In this document: piece after piece, positions 23,280 to 36,249 of the stretch
Layout: every line of letters starts with the position of its first letter
How positions within the stretch are numbered: the first letter of the stretch is position 1
NCBI GenBank assembly: GCA_013239625.1
Contig: MU057344.1
Coordinates: 1,614,276 to 1,678,275 of the forward strand
Length of the DNA stretch: 64,000 bases
Direction of reading: 5' to 3'
Source: Lama guanicoe
Lineage: Eukaryota
Notes under the pieces: model-generated
What the model was told of the DNA's origin: nothing
What the model saw: only the letters and a program-made list of their open reading frames with translations
The model's database searches: none
Program-made: the position numbers and the translations under genes

Positions 23280-23920
23280 TGCCTTTTGGGAACCTTTAAA
23301 ATAAAGAGTCAAGCGTTTCCAGCTCCCATCTGACTTTTAACATAAACCACGTGGTTCTTGGAGCATGAGCGTTTTTCAAAGCACTTACATGGCGGTGTTT
23401 ACCTGGGCCTGGGAGGGAGACAGGCACGTGGACGTTCTATTAAGTCAGCTTTCGTAGAAAAGCCGTTGAAGAAAAGGCCAAAGTGATGAGTGTGTGTCCC
23501 CGGGGCCCGGACTTCTGTCCAGAGCCAAAGCACATCTGAAGGCTCAGGGACCACAGGATGGGGCTCACCTCCAGGGCGGCTCCCCTCTCAACCGGTGCAG
23601 CGCTGCGGGGGGAGGGGCTGGGGTCCCCGGGCTCCTCCGTGGTGGCACCAAGCCCCGGCGGGGACAGTGCGAACAGCCCTGAGGGCTTTCCCGCCCGTGT
23701 TCCAGAGTGGGGATAAAACGCTTCCTCTCCAGGTTCAAAACCGCCTTTGTGCATTCAGCCCCATTCAACCAGCACCTTTCAATGTTTTACGTAGGATTTG
23801 GGGTTTGGTGTTTGGGGTTTTTTCCTTCGGTTCCTAAAGTGTCAGTTTTCCACCTGGGGGCAAATGTATGATTTTGTTTTTCCTTCGAAGCCATTTGTTT
23901 ATCAGTCTAGTGACTCACTG
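23280..23920. promoter_or_regulatory. Candidate enhancer pair
   Basis: AACCACGTGGTT (23345-23356), YY1-like ACATGGCGG, FOX TGTTTAC/TGTTTAT, GATA TTTATCA, AP-1 TGACTCA (23911-23917). Confidence 0.45.
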
Positions 23921-25829
23921 CAGGGACAGTTACGCCCTGGAGCGTCCGCCTGGTTTTCCTGACCAGGCAGGTGGGTGCCGGCCCTACACGAGGGCCTCGC
24001 CGGGCAGACAGGCCATGTGGGCAGCGCTGGGGCCCCGAGGGCCCCAGGAGAGGGGCCGTTTGCCAGGGCAGGATTCACACGGAAGACTCCTCCTGAGGGT
24101 GGGGAACACCTGGGTCGCTCAGCAGCAGGACGGCGTGGGGGGCACGGGCTGAGTGGGGGCTGAGGGGGAGGGAAGCCTCGAGGTCACGAACCAACCCGCG
24201 CTCGTGACAAGGCTCTCCTGAAATTCTAGACTGGATCCTGGAGAGAGATCGCGGGAGGCCTTCCAGCTTCCCCAGACGTCAAGTCCTTGTCAGACAAGTT
24301 CCGCATTCGTGGTTGCCTCGGAGTGGCCCGAACCTCGTTTCCAAACTGTGCCGGTCCTGCTACCCTCCGGGCCACGCCGGAATGGGGCCCTGGGCTGACA
24401 AGCCTGGCACCGCATAGCCCACACTGTTTAGATTTATAGCAGCCCGGCCAGCATTGCCAGGGCGCGTGGGGTCAGTGCTGTCGGCTGAGATTTTACGAGA
24501 CCCACGCTTGGGAATCAATTTGCGGAGAACGGACTCAGCCACCGTGATGGGGCGTGTAACCCAGCCTGAGAGACGAAGCCCCCAGCCCCGACACCGCCTG
24601 GCCCCCAGGAGCCCTGGGGAGCCTGCTGGGACGGCTAACAGGTGCGTGTCTGTCGCCCCGTGTTCTCGGGTGGTCGGAAAAAGCTCCTTGTTCTGCGCAC
24701 AGCTTGGGTTCCACAGAGAGGCCCTCAGTGGCCCTGAGGCAGGATTCGTAGCCTTAGGATGGGAGACACGAGGGGTTCCAACCCTGGCGGCTGGGACTCT
24801 GCTTGGCTCCTGGAAAAGGCCTTTTATCTAGAGAAGTTCAAAGTCGGCACGTGAGCCACAGAAAGGCCACGTACTGCCCAGCCCCAGGAGCAAAGAGGGG
24901 CAAGGATCCAGTCTGCAGCCCCTGGAGGGCGCACCAAGGCTCAGCACCCCTGGGCGGCACGTGGGCCTCCGCACGCTGGCCCCTTCCCCGCCGTGAGCCC
25001 AAGTGGCATGCTCCCGGAGGGGTCCTGGGCTTTGGGAGCTGAATGCTGGCAGGTCCCTCCAGTCAGCACTGTCCTTGCCTGCAGATCTCAGAACCTGGGG
25101 TGTGTGCAGTTGCCTTGGATGGTGTAGGAGGGAGGGAAGCTGGCACTCTGGGCCCCCCGAGTTCTGACCAGCCCAGAGCGTGTCCTGGTGAGGTTTTCAG
25201 GTTCCACGAGGCCAACTCAGGGGACCCCGGCTGGCTGTGGGCTGTGAGATCTGCAGCTACCCAGCTCAGGGCACCTGTCACCCGGCCTGGCCCCACAGCC
25301 TCTCCCTCCAGCAGGCCACCTGGACATCCTTATTACCTCTCCAGGTGTCGCTGGAAAAGCAGCTCTCCGTCCTGCCCATTGTTCCGCGGCCCCTCTTGTA
25401 GGTCATTTTACATTTCCACCTGATCCCTGTAATTCTGCAAAACATTCCCAGGCCACAGAGCGACCCTCTGGCAGCTGGTGTCTTGTTCCCGCGCACAAAG
25501 CTCTGAGTGGAAATCTCCCCTGCTCTGGTACAGCCCGGGCACAGGCAGGTCACTGGCCACCGGACACGCATGCCCACCCACCCTGCTGTCAGTGTCCGGT
25601 GTGGCCACAGCCCCAAGCCCAGGCCCGCCTGGCCTCCCTCAGGGTGTGCTCGGCAGCTGATGGCTAAGGCGCAGCCCCGCGGACACAGGAAGGGGCGCCT
25701 GCCCGCGGCGTGCATGCTCGGCGGGCGCACCTCTGCCGGAAGACGCCAGACCCGCTGCAGGTGGACTTGGCAGCCTCTCTGCGCCGGCTCCCGAGCCTAA
25801 TCGCAGATGTGAGCAGAAAGGCCCTGCGG

Positions 25830-26110
25830 GGGACACATCAAAAAATAAATATCAAAGAACATTTGAAGAGCTCGATAAATTGATCATATTCCAGTGAACC
25901 TTCACCCTCATAACGACGGGGCCATTTAAATGCTAATGTCATTTTTTAAAAAGTCAATTACAGGAGTTTTGAAGGAACAGAGTCAGCATTCTCCCTGTGC
26001 GCCTCCCACTGCTGCCCACTCTCCCCGGCCGCGGGCGCTGGGGCGCTCGCAGTCCCTGGGGGAACACCCCTCGCCTTGCCGCCATCCCCGTAATTGAATC
26101 AAGTTGATAC
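25830..26110. promoter_or_regulatory. AT-rich candidate enhancer (TCF and paired-homeodomain motifs)
   Basis: ACATCAAA (25835-25842), ATCAAAG (25851-25857), TCAATTA, TAATTGAATCA (26091-26101). Confidence 0.5.
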
Positions 26111-28399
26111 AGACGCTGAAAACGCCCTGTGCATGATGGAGCCACGTGCTGGCGAAGTGGGCGGGGCAACAGCAGGCGACCCCCACGGTGGCCAGGCCTC
26201 ACCACCCCCGACCCCGCAGGCCCGGTGGCTTCCCCCGCAGAGGAGAGGCCTGGAGCTGGCAGCACACGAGCCTTCTGGAACATTCTAGAGAGGGGTGCCG
26301 GCTTCCCATCAGCCCCTCCTGCTCCCGTCCCTCCTCTTGGTGGGCTTCCTTGCCTGCGCTGGACCGGCTGAGCCCTGTTCTGGGCGGACCGACTGGTTCT
26401 CGCGTGGCCAGGAGGGGACAGAGTGGGAGCTCTGGACCGCCCTGAGGGGAGGATGCTCAGGACCCCCGGGCTCCTGTCTGCAGGCTCTGGGCATTGTACC
26501 CACCACAGGGACCTGGGGGGTCTCAAAAGTGTGTTTACACCTCCACACCCCCAGTTCCTCCCACGCCAGTGATGCGGGACGCTGCCTGGTCCGTTTCCAC
26601 TTAGGCGGCCTGCCTTCCGTATACTGGACGCTTAACGCTCGCGAGGCCTCACTCCAGGGAGGGAAGCAGAGGCTACCCGGCTTGCACACCAGCAGGCAGG
26701 AAGAGCTGGAACTCAAAGCACGTCTGTCCAGGGTTGTGGGAGCCACAGGGCCAGGAGGCAAAGCCCTCACAGCCAGGAGGGCTGCCCAGGAGGCCCCTAG
26801 TGTCCACTCTGGTGGCCACGATGGCCTGGATCCCCTGGGAAGCAGCTAGTCGCAGCCTCAGGGAGAACATGATGAGCTTTCTGGCATTTCAGGGGCTTGG
26901 CTGCCCAGGGCTGACCTGTGACCCTTAGGCCCCCAGCCCAGCACTGTGAGCAGAGGCCTGGGGTCAGCTCCCAGCAGGTCCCTGGACATCCTACGGGGCC
27001 TGGGGCGAGGCCAGGGCGAGGCCTGGACCTCCTTTCTGCTCTTCCCCACCTTGCTGGCTTCTAAAGAAGGCATTCCCCAGTTAGCAGGGAAGCTCACCTT
27101 GAGGGACTGCAGTCTGCTCTCTGAACCCCAGGGTTCTTGGTGGGGAAGTCAGGTCACCAGGGCTGGGGCTGAGTCCCCCTAGGGTGGGCGCGCAGGGCCC
27201 CCGGCAGGTGCCAGTGCCCGGAGCTCAGCCAGGGGCCATGGGAACGGGACACTGAGCCGCCCACCAGCTCTTGGCCCCCTCGACCCTTCGGCTGGTGCCG
27301 CAGGGAGTTTAGTGACCGTGCCTTCAGGTGGGATCCGAGACCCCAGGGCCTGGGCTCGAGGGGCCTTCCCCCAAGAGCCAGGTCAGCCTTCCCGCCTCCT
27401 GCCCTGGGCGTGTGTCCTCGGAAGGGGCGGGGCCCGGACGGCGCCGCAGGAGGAAGATAGGCGCTCTCTTCCTGCACGTGGGGGGTTGAAGTCCCGAAGT
27501 GGGGAGGGCCTGACGGGCAGGGGCTGGCATGCAAACCCTGCACCACCTCTCTGCAGGGCCTCGAGGCAGGGCACCGGGCTGGCCCGCCGCCTGGGCGCCA
27601 TCAGTCCTGGCCGAAGACCCCCATCCCTGTGGGCCTGGGGGTGCTGGCGCCGCGGCCAGGGCGCGGGGTTTTCCTCCCCCACTCACTGCTCATTCGCTGC
27701 AGGCTCAGGTGGAGGCCCCCAAAGGGGAGGGGAGGCTAGCTGTGCAGACACCGCGAGAGACCTGAACCAGGGGCCACAGGTGGGAGGGCAGGGCCCCTGG
27801 GAGTGCAGTCTCAGGACCCAGGGGTGTGCACGGAACGCGCTGCGTCCTACACACTCTGCCTGTGGGGAGGGGTCCGCGGGGAAACTGCGGGTCTACAAGC
27901 CCCCCACGGTCCTGTGATGACGAGGACCCTGCCGGCAGACAGACTCTGAGGACACTCAGCTCAGCCACTCGGCTGCCGGGCCTGGTCGTGGGGACCTGTG
28001 GGACAGGACGCATCCCACGCGGCAGGTGGAGCGGCCAGAACCTCCGCTCCCAGCTGTGCGAGTGCCCAGCAGGTGCTGGCTCACAAGCCCGCAGGACCCA
28101 GCCCTGAGTCCTGTCCCCAGCCCCGCGCAGCCTCTCCATCCCGTGCTTCCCAAACTCACCCGCCTCCTCCCACGCTGCGCCAGGCTGGGGCTGGGTGGGA
28201 AGGAAGTCTGACCCGGCGCCCACAGTCAGCGTCGTGAACACGCCAACCCCGATGCTGGTGCCAGAACTTCCCCCCGCAACTCCCGGGCAGGGTCCCCGCG
28301 AGCACAGGGCCCCCGCGTCTGGAAGTAGAAGACCAGAGCGACAAGTGAAAGGCGTCCTGTGGCCTGGAAGCCTCTCCCTGCACGTCCGCGTCAGCCCTT

Positions 28400-28515
28400 C
28401 CTTCCCCGTGATGCAGGGTCTCAGCACCCCCATTTCACAGGTGAGGAAACCGAGTCGCAGAGAGGCTGGAGCTTGTTCAGGTCCTACAGGGCCAGGACGC
28501 TGACACCCAGAAGCC
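28400..28515 (-). mobile_element. MIR SINE fragment
   Basis: ccccatttcacaggtgaggaaaccgagtcgcagagagg is the reverse MIR core. Confidence 0.75.
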
Positions 28516-31149
28516 GGCGTCCCCGGAGGTGATTCTGCCGGTCGGCCCTCCCTCCCCCGCCTCACACCGCTTCTGAGCCCAGACCCGAGCCTGGCGGCCC
28601 CGCCCACAGTGATGACAGCCCCGGGCTGACCCCACATCTTTCCCCAAAGGCTGGCCCAGGTCGGCCCCAGGCTGGGGGGGCGGGGGAACGCCACCCCCCC
28701 ACCCGGGAGAGGATCGGGCTCCGGGAGGACCTGGCAGAGGGAGAAACTCAAGACGGGGGCTGTGGATTGCAGAATACTGAAGAAGTTCCCCTGTCAGATC
28801 CCTGAAACAGGAGACGGAACCTGAACTTGGCCACATAATACTGCTCTGTCTGGGAAGCGCGGGAGCGCCCGGGCCCGAGCTGTCTTTCAAAGAGCGACAG
28901 TTACGGAAATTAGTGGTGCAGAAACGCACCCCTGTCCTTCATCAGGGGCCTTATTGCCTGTCCTGCGATGTGACAGGAGCAGCCTGGCCTCCTGACTGCA
29001 GGGCCTGGGAGCGGCTGCTCTGTCCTCAGCCGCGAGGAGACGCGCGGGAGGGGCGCCCTCGGAGCGCGGGGCCCTCGTGGGCTGGGGCAGTTCCACTCTC
29101 GGGAGGATGAGAAGCCACGAGGCGCGTGTGGAGGGGCAGGTCTGTAGCGGGAAGTGACCCTTGCAGCATCCCAGAGTGGAGGGCGGCCCCGGGTGGCAAT
29201 GGCCCCGGTAGATGGGAGTGCCCACAGGAAGGCAAGCCCAAGGTCACAGGGAGTTCTGGGAAGTCCTGGAGACACTCACCTGGACCCGCCGCCGGCCCAC
29301 TGGGGCCCCTTCTCCCGGAGCGTCAGTTTTTTCATCTCGGGAACCCCACGCCGGGCAAAGGAGGTGACGGGAGAGGCGCTGGCTCCCAGAGGGTGTCCAG
29401 TGGATACTGCCCACTTCTGCTACTATCCCAGCCCGGGGGTCCACGGGCCTTCCCCGTGTCTCACGCCGACCACCCACCGGCCAGCACGGACAGGGTCCCC
29501 CAGCCTCCTACGGGACACCAGTCCAAGCAACGCCCACGCTAAGTACATTCCACATGAGCACGCACATGGGGTGGGGGCTGCTGTTCTCAGCGCCGTGCGC
29601 GCGCTCCCTAGACGTGGAGGTCCTCGGGGTCCGGCCGGACCTGCTGGGCGGGGTGCTGGGGGGTAGCTGCCGCGATTAACCAGCCTGTGGGTGGCTCCAG
29701 TCCCAGGGTGAGACCCACGGGGTTGGACACAGAGGATGAGCCCGGTTCAACTCCTGTTCTCCAAGGACCTCCCCGGCAGGAAGGCAACGGAGGCCTCCCG
29801 CTGCCTGGGACCCGCCTGGGCCGTGTACCCCACCCCACAGCCGGCAAGTTCCCCCCGGGGCTCTCGGGAAGCTGGGCCTGGCAGCGGGAGCCCAGCGTGA
29901 AGGCACATGATTATTCCAGAAAGGCTGGTTTGGAGGTCAACGTCTTTGGGCCGAAGAGGTCTTGGCGAGACATGTGCCCTTCAAGGTCGGGCTAATGACC
30001 TTCCGCACAAGATAGATTTATTGAGGGGAAAACACGAGGCGGGTTCTGCCCAGTGACATCGTCAGAAGGGCTCTCCGTGGCCGAGTCTCAGGCCTGTTAC
30101 TCAACACCCGCGTTATTAGCCCGTGGAGCAGACGCAGCGGGAGAAGAGGTGACGGGGGTGTGCGGCCTCTCCCAGCTCTTTTGCTTTTAGCCTCTGGAAA
30201 TCGAAGCAGCGTCCAGCTCTGGCCGGGGAGCGTTTGGTCCTCCACCGCGGCCAGTGGTGTCTCCACCCGCGGGAAACAGAGGCCCTGAAAAGATAAACAG
30301 CACTTGAGCGAGTCGAGTGCACCCCGGCCGCGCCGCTGTCTGCTCCCCCGAGTGTTGAAAAGAGGCCTCTTGGCGAGTAGCACACACGTAACCTGCACCT
30401 TGACCGCGGTCTGGTGGAAGATAAGTGGGGGTGTCGAGAGGGAAAGGAAAGGGAAACAAGCTACTACCCCCCTAAAAGAAGGACGCGGAGGAGGGCGTGG
30501 CAGGAACGCTGCCAGGCCCCCGTGGGGCTAGGGCCCCGGGAGACAGGGGTCGGGGCACCGGTGCCCAGGCCGGGATGCAGCCCGGGCTCAGCGTCCCACC
30601 CAGCACGTCGGTGGGGGTCCAACCCCCAGTTGTGATGAAAACGTGTGCCCCCAGAGCGTCTTCAGGACCCCAGTGGGTCTGAGAGGCGGTGAGCACCGCG
30701 GGGACGTGTGGAGGTTTCCAGCTCGCCTCGCCTCGCTTAAATTGTCCCAAAAGGAGTCATTCAGCTCTGTCGCGTGAGCTCGGACTCCAGCACGGCCTCA
30801 GTTCAACCGTCTTCCCGCAGGTAATCCTCAGCACGAGGGGCGCCTCTCGTGCCGAGGCTTCCCCGTGAACCGTCGGCCTCACGAGGACGGGGACCAGACC
30901 CCGAATCCCACCCTAGTGCCTGGCGTGGGGCTGGGGCCCAGAGATATTAGAATGAACACGCGCACCCCCCAGCAGTCAGTGGAGGGGAAGGCAGGGTCTC
31001 GCCCGTGGAGCGAGGGGCCTCGGCAAGCAGTCCAGAGAGCCAGGGGCCCCGGCAGCCCCCTCCCCACCTGGAAGCCAGCGTGGCCCTGCAGCCCTGGGAC
31101 AGGGCTGTGGTAATCAGGCCCCTTTTGCATCTCCGTCCCAAGACCATCC

Positions 31150-31530
31150 GCTGTGTGGGAATGAAACCTTTGAAAATCGCCATGGACACTGGTTTCGATA
31201 ATAGCACGTGGGTAAAGGTTGTATTGCTCTCCGAGCGGCGGTTCATCCATCTGTGAAGCGGGACAAGGCAGTAATAGGACGGAGCCGGTCGCCGGGGGCA
31301 AAGCTGGAATGCAAACTCATCAGAGGCGGCGAACGCGGTGCCGCGCCGCTAAATAGAATTCCATTATTGTTTCATAAACAGAGAGATCGAAGTGCCCAGG
31401 CCGGGAACCGGTGATCACAGGGGACTGTGTTTCCGCTCAGCTCACGACCAGTGTTTGTTTTGAGTAAGTGGTTGTCTTGGCTAATAGTAGGGTGTTGCGC
31501 TGTGAAGAGCTTGTTGAACGGGATTTATGG
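31150..31530. promoter_or_regulatory. AT-rich candidate enhancer
   Basis: CCTTTGAA, CACGTG, GGAATG (TEAD), ATTGTT (SOX), TCATAAA and TGTTTGTTT (FOX) in a non-repeat island. Confidence 0.45.
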
Positions 31531-31695
31531 AGGGGTCCTGCACTCGGCGGTCGCCGGGAGACGGGGAGTGAGAGCTGGCGTCCCCCGTCTCTAGTGGGTC
31601 TCTCACCGTCTGCGGATTAATGTCCCCCCACAGGTGCTGGGGCGTCTGGAGGGCACCACCCACCGTCAGCACAGCTCCTCACAGGTGCTCAGAAA

Positions 31696-31734
31696 GCACG
31701 TGTGCGCGTGTGCGCGCGTGTGTGTGCGTGTGTG
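31696..31734. repeat. Perfect 39-bp alternating purine-pyrimidine tract
   Basis: gcacgtgtgcgcgtgtgcgcgcgtgtgtgtgcgtgtgtg. Confidence 0.9.
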
Positions 31735-33674
31735 GCGTGCGCAGGCGCTCCTGTTGTGGGGTGGTTCTGGCTTCTCTACAAGGGCCATGGCTGGACCATT
31801 GCCAGGCATCCTCCTGTGTCCCCGCCTGAGGGAGGCAGCAGGTGACGAGATCCAGGTAAACAGGTGGAGCATCCTAGGTGGAGAGAGCTGTCCTGTGGGG
31901 GCAGAGCCTGGCTCAGAGGGGCTGTGGCGTGGCGTGTCCCCAGGGTGGAGGGGCCTTCTCCACGAGGCCCCCAAGGGGCTGCTCCTGTGGGGAGGGAGCC
32001 TTGCTGCACTCTCTTCACCTCCGTCTCTGCTCCAGCTTCAGCAGTTTCAGAAGCCACCCCCGGGGGTCTCCACCCTACAGCTCGGGGCGCAGGATCCCAC
32101 CCAGCTCGCCTGCAGGATCACAGTGGACGGAACCCCACTGGCCTCCAGCTTGTCCCCAAATAGCCAATCAAGTTGATGGGGTCAGTGTGGCCACACTGCT
32201 GTGACCTCAGCAGCGTCGCTGGACCTTTCGAGGCGCAGTCCTGCCCGCGGGGCCGGAGCTGGCCTTTGGGAAGCTGCCTCCCAGGGGGAGGCCGACCCTG
32301 CTGGGAGCCCCGGGTCACGCCCCATCTTTGCATTTATAGGAGCTGCTCGTGCGGGAGGCCTGGCCCCCAGCACGTAGGACAGGCCCGCTGCTGCGGCTGA
32401 GACACTTACAAGGTGGTGCTGAGGGCAGACATCAGACTGGGCGAGAGGGCTGAACCCCTTCTGCCTCAGTCTCCCCTCTTCCCTTGAGGGCGCTGCTCTG
32501 AGGACAGGGAGGAAGGTGACTCAGTGCCCAGAGGGGCTGAATGCTCCCTGGGGCTCCTCTGGTCGCCCATCCCCCCAGACTTCCCAGGAGGGGCCCTTGG
32601 AGGCGACACTCTCCAATCTGGGTCCCCGTCTGACCCCAGTGACCCCTGCCCAGACCCCCAGGAGCGTCGGCGCCCTGGGGGAGGGGAGGAGGGCATCCTT
32701 TGACGCAGGTGTGCAGCCCCACCCTCGTCAGAGGTGGCCCTGCACGTGTGCTGGGAAACAAAGGGCCCCTTCACGCTCACCTCCGGGCCGGGCGCCGCCC
32801 GCCCATCACCCAGCAGCCCGGCCCCCGCACCAGCGTCCCCAGGCCCGCACCGCAGCTCGCCCACTGGAAGCTTTGTTTAGTCTAGGGCTCTGGGTGTCGG
32901 GCTCTTTTTTCTCCAAATTCTTCCCGAGGTCTGTAGGCTGAGGACACCACTCATGCAGCCCAAGGGGAGAGCAGATCGCCCTCCTTGGTGGAGAAGTTCC
33001 TGTCTCTCCCGAGGGCAACAGAGGTTCCAGGGAGCTGGGGTAACTGGAGCGTGACCCCCGCCCCCACAGGAAGGCCCAGCCGGCAGGAGAGCGTGGGGGG
33101 GCCGGGGAGCGAGAGGAGCGGTTCAGGGAGCCCCGACGCATCTGAGCTTGCGGTCTTCCCAAAGGGCGAAGGACGGGGCTGCTTCTTCAGACCGCGCTGA
33201 GTGGTCTGCTCAGATCCTGGTCTCAGCCCCTTCCCATCAGGTTCTGTGTCGGGACAGCGCCCGGGAGGCGGGGGCGGGGCTGGGCGTCCGGCAGCGGAGA
33301 CAGTGCTCAACCCGCGGACTGGCTCCGGGTGGTTTTAAGCTTCCTGCCTGATGCCCCCGTTGAGATGCCATGGGGCCGCTGGAAGGGGGCAGCAGGGGTC
33401 CAGGGAGCCAGGAGAGGAAAGGTGTCTGTGCGGCCCGTAGGGGAGGAGGGTTCGGGAAGCCAGTCATCCTCCGGGCTTGGGGGTGTACAGTGACCCAGCG
33501 TCTTCTGTCTTCTCAGTAAATGGATTCAGATTGACTGTTTAGCAGCCCCTGAACTGCAGGAGGCACGACCCCCCCGTGTCCAAGACCAGCGTCCTTCTCT
33601 CCCCGTGTCCCTCTCTCCCCGCATCCTGCACGTGTCCTGCCTCCTGGAAGCTTAGCCCCAACAGCAGGGCCTTA

Positions 33675-33855
33675 GAGCTGCAGAATCGTCTGTGATGATG
33701 GACGTGGTCCAGAACGTCACCGTCATAAGACGGTAGCCACGAGCCCACGTGGCCCTGAGCCGTGCAGTGTGGCCGGACGTCTGAGGCACCGGAGTTTTCA
33801 TTTGATTTCATTCTATTATCTTAGATTTAAATGGTGACCATGGGACAGGGCAGCT
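33675..33855. mobile_element. MER3 (hAT-Charlie MITE)
   Basis: ctgtgatgatggacgtg...acggtagccacgagcccacgtggccctgagc...ctgaggcaccggagttttcatttgatttcatt...atttaaatgg...ggacagggcag matches MER3. Confidence 0.75.
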
Positions 33856-35566
33856 CTGGATGATGGGTCTTTACATCCTAAGAGTGTCACAGTGGTGGTG
33901 GCGGTGGCCTGGCTGTGTGGCGTCCGTGTCCTACGTGTCCCCATTCACTCCAGGCAGCTCCTTCCTGGGTGACGGGCTGGGGGCAGCGCCAGAGCTCCCC
34001 TGGGGAGAAGCTTCCCGCAGGGACTCTTGTCCTGCAGCTGAGCGTTGACTGAGGTCTGGGGGTCCTGCACGCAGCCCTGGTTCTGGGGCCTGTGAAAAGC
34101 TTGGGGGAGGAATCTTGGAGACATGCTGGTTCTGGAGTTGGCGGCAGGCTGCTGCTTCAGCCACATTTGTGCAAAAAGGCATCCTTTCCACCTTGGCTTT
34201 CCTGCAAGCCTTTCCTGCAGCGTCAGGGTGTCTGTACCTGACAGGGCTCCATCCTCCTTACTGCTGGCTGGTTCCCCTTCCAGTCCCGCCAGGGCCACCG
34301 GCGGGTGAAGGGCCCGCACGCCGTCCTCCTGGACCTCGTGCCCCGCCACCCACCGCCGGCGAGGCGCTGACCCTGCCGCTGGGGAAGTCCTGCCTCGGGC
34401 TGCTCGTGCTCCCGCTCCTTCATCCCCTCTGTTCTGTGAACACGTGTCCTCCTCCAGCAGTAGCCGGCTCGCTGGTGTCCGTGGGGAGCCCTGTAACTGG
34501 GGTGCATGCACCACGCGGTGAGGTTTTGCCCCTCGCGTCCGATTCTGCCCAGGTCTGCGCGTGGTCCTCCGCGCACTAACGTGAAACCTTCGTCCATCCA
34601 TCGGTGAGAGCAGTGCGACTTCCCTCCACAGCTGAAATCTCCTCCCCAGACCAGGTCCTGCCTTCAGCACTGCAGGTGGGGACGGTGCCCCGAAGAGAGG
34701 AGGCCCACCGCCTCACGCCTCCGAGCCTCTGCACGTCCCCCCACAACCGCCGCCTTCCTCCGGGCCCCGGCCCCCTTCCCCGAGTGGGCTTCTCGGGGCA
34801 AGTCCACAGTCACCCGTCCCGGAGCCTGGCCCCTCACGGGCTTCAGGGGATACCTGCCGAAGCAGGAGCAAAGGAAAAATGGAATGAATGCCGCCGCGGC
34901 TGGGGACACGTGCGCTAGAGACAGAGGGAAGTTTGGTTTCAGCCGCTTTAAGTGGCCCCTTGATCAGCAAGCCTCCGTGGGCTTTGCATTTTCAAAGGGC
35001 GGCGTCTCGGTGACCTGTGCCCAGCCCACCGCGGTTGGCAGGATGCAGCTCCGTGTAACGAGGTTTCTCCAAGCCTCAGCTGCGACTCCCCCGAGCCCTG
35101 CAAAGGTTGACGCTGGTCAGGAGAGGCACGTTTGCCAATCAGCAAAGACACACAGTCGCCCGACCAGAGAGCGGGTTCCTCCAGATCATTTGTCTGGTGC
35201 GTTAGGACTTACCCCAAGCAAAGCCACGTCCCAAACTGGCCCGGCGTCCGGGGTGCCCCGACGTTCGCGGCACCCCTGAGCCACGCTCCTTGTTTCCCGC
35301 TGCCCTCTTAGCTGGCCACCTGAGCGAGCCTGCGCCCATCCAGCTGTCAGCGGTGCGATGGGCTCCCCGCCGGCAGAGTCAAGGCCTCGGAGGAGCTCCG
35401 ACCCCTGGGTTCTGCAGAAGCGTGTCCCGATGACTCTGGTTTAGGGTCCTCCTGAGGGAGGGCGTCCGGCATGTGCCTGGATGCCAGGTGCACACGGGTG
35501 TAGTTCGGGTCAAATTCGGAGAGCCCTTCCGCCGGAGAAGGCAGGTCGCTCCCGTGCGTACGTGTG

Positions 35567-36185
35567 CAGCTGACCCACTGTACCCGTGCAAATTTCCGCG
35601 AAGCAGCCACCGACGCGGCATTTGCGAGCACTCACCCAGTGCTCCTGGGGGGCGTGGGGCTGCGTTCTGCTGGCTCTGGTCACCGCATTGTCGCCAGCCC
35701 ATCAGTACATAGCTTGCTTTTTGTGTCTCTGTTTAAAGACCCCGTATGTAACAGGTCACGTTGACTGTCGCCCGCTGTGTCGCGGCCGCTGTAGCTCCCG
35801 CCTGAAGGGAGCTTGTCTAACGTGTGTTCTCTCCATACGGTGCATCGCAGCCTTCTTGTGCTCAGAAAGACTGGAGGCCCTTCGCACCAGGCCGGGGGCC
35901 GTTGTTAAACAGAGGAATCACCAAGAAAAGCGACAGCAGTGCCGAAAGCATGACACTGAGCCGGCTGTGAGGAGGACACCTGGTGACAGCCTGAGCCGGA
36001 GCGAGGGGCAGAGCGTGACCCGCTCAACCCCAGCGGGGAGCCTGCGTGCCGCCCAGCCCGCACCGTCCTCCCCGCACGCGTGTCCGGGACGCCGGGGAAC
36101 GGGCCGCGGCTGCTGACCTGGGGTCACAGGCGCATCCTCGCACGTGGGTGAACCTGCAGATGTGGAGTCTGAACCACGAGCGTCA
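35567..36185 (-). mobile_element. MER82 (TcMar-Tigger), near full length
   Basis: atcagtacatagcttgctttttgtgtctctgtttaaagac...agcttgtctaac...atcgcagccttcttgtgctcag...ttaaacagaggaatcaccaagaaaagc...ggtgaacctgcagatgtggagtc is collinear with reverse MER82. Confidence 0.8.
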
Positions 36186-36249
36186 CACATACAGATGCAA
36201 ACGTGTGCGTGCGCACGCGCGCAGAGATCAACTAACATCACGCTTCGAT

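Noticed and set aside
29482-29497. REST/RE1 site (CAGCACGGACAG)
   Set aside because: The left half-site is incomplete and the spacing is wrong.
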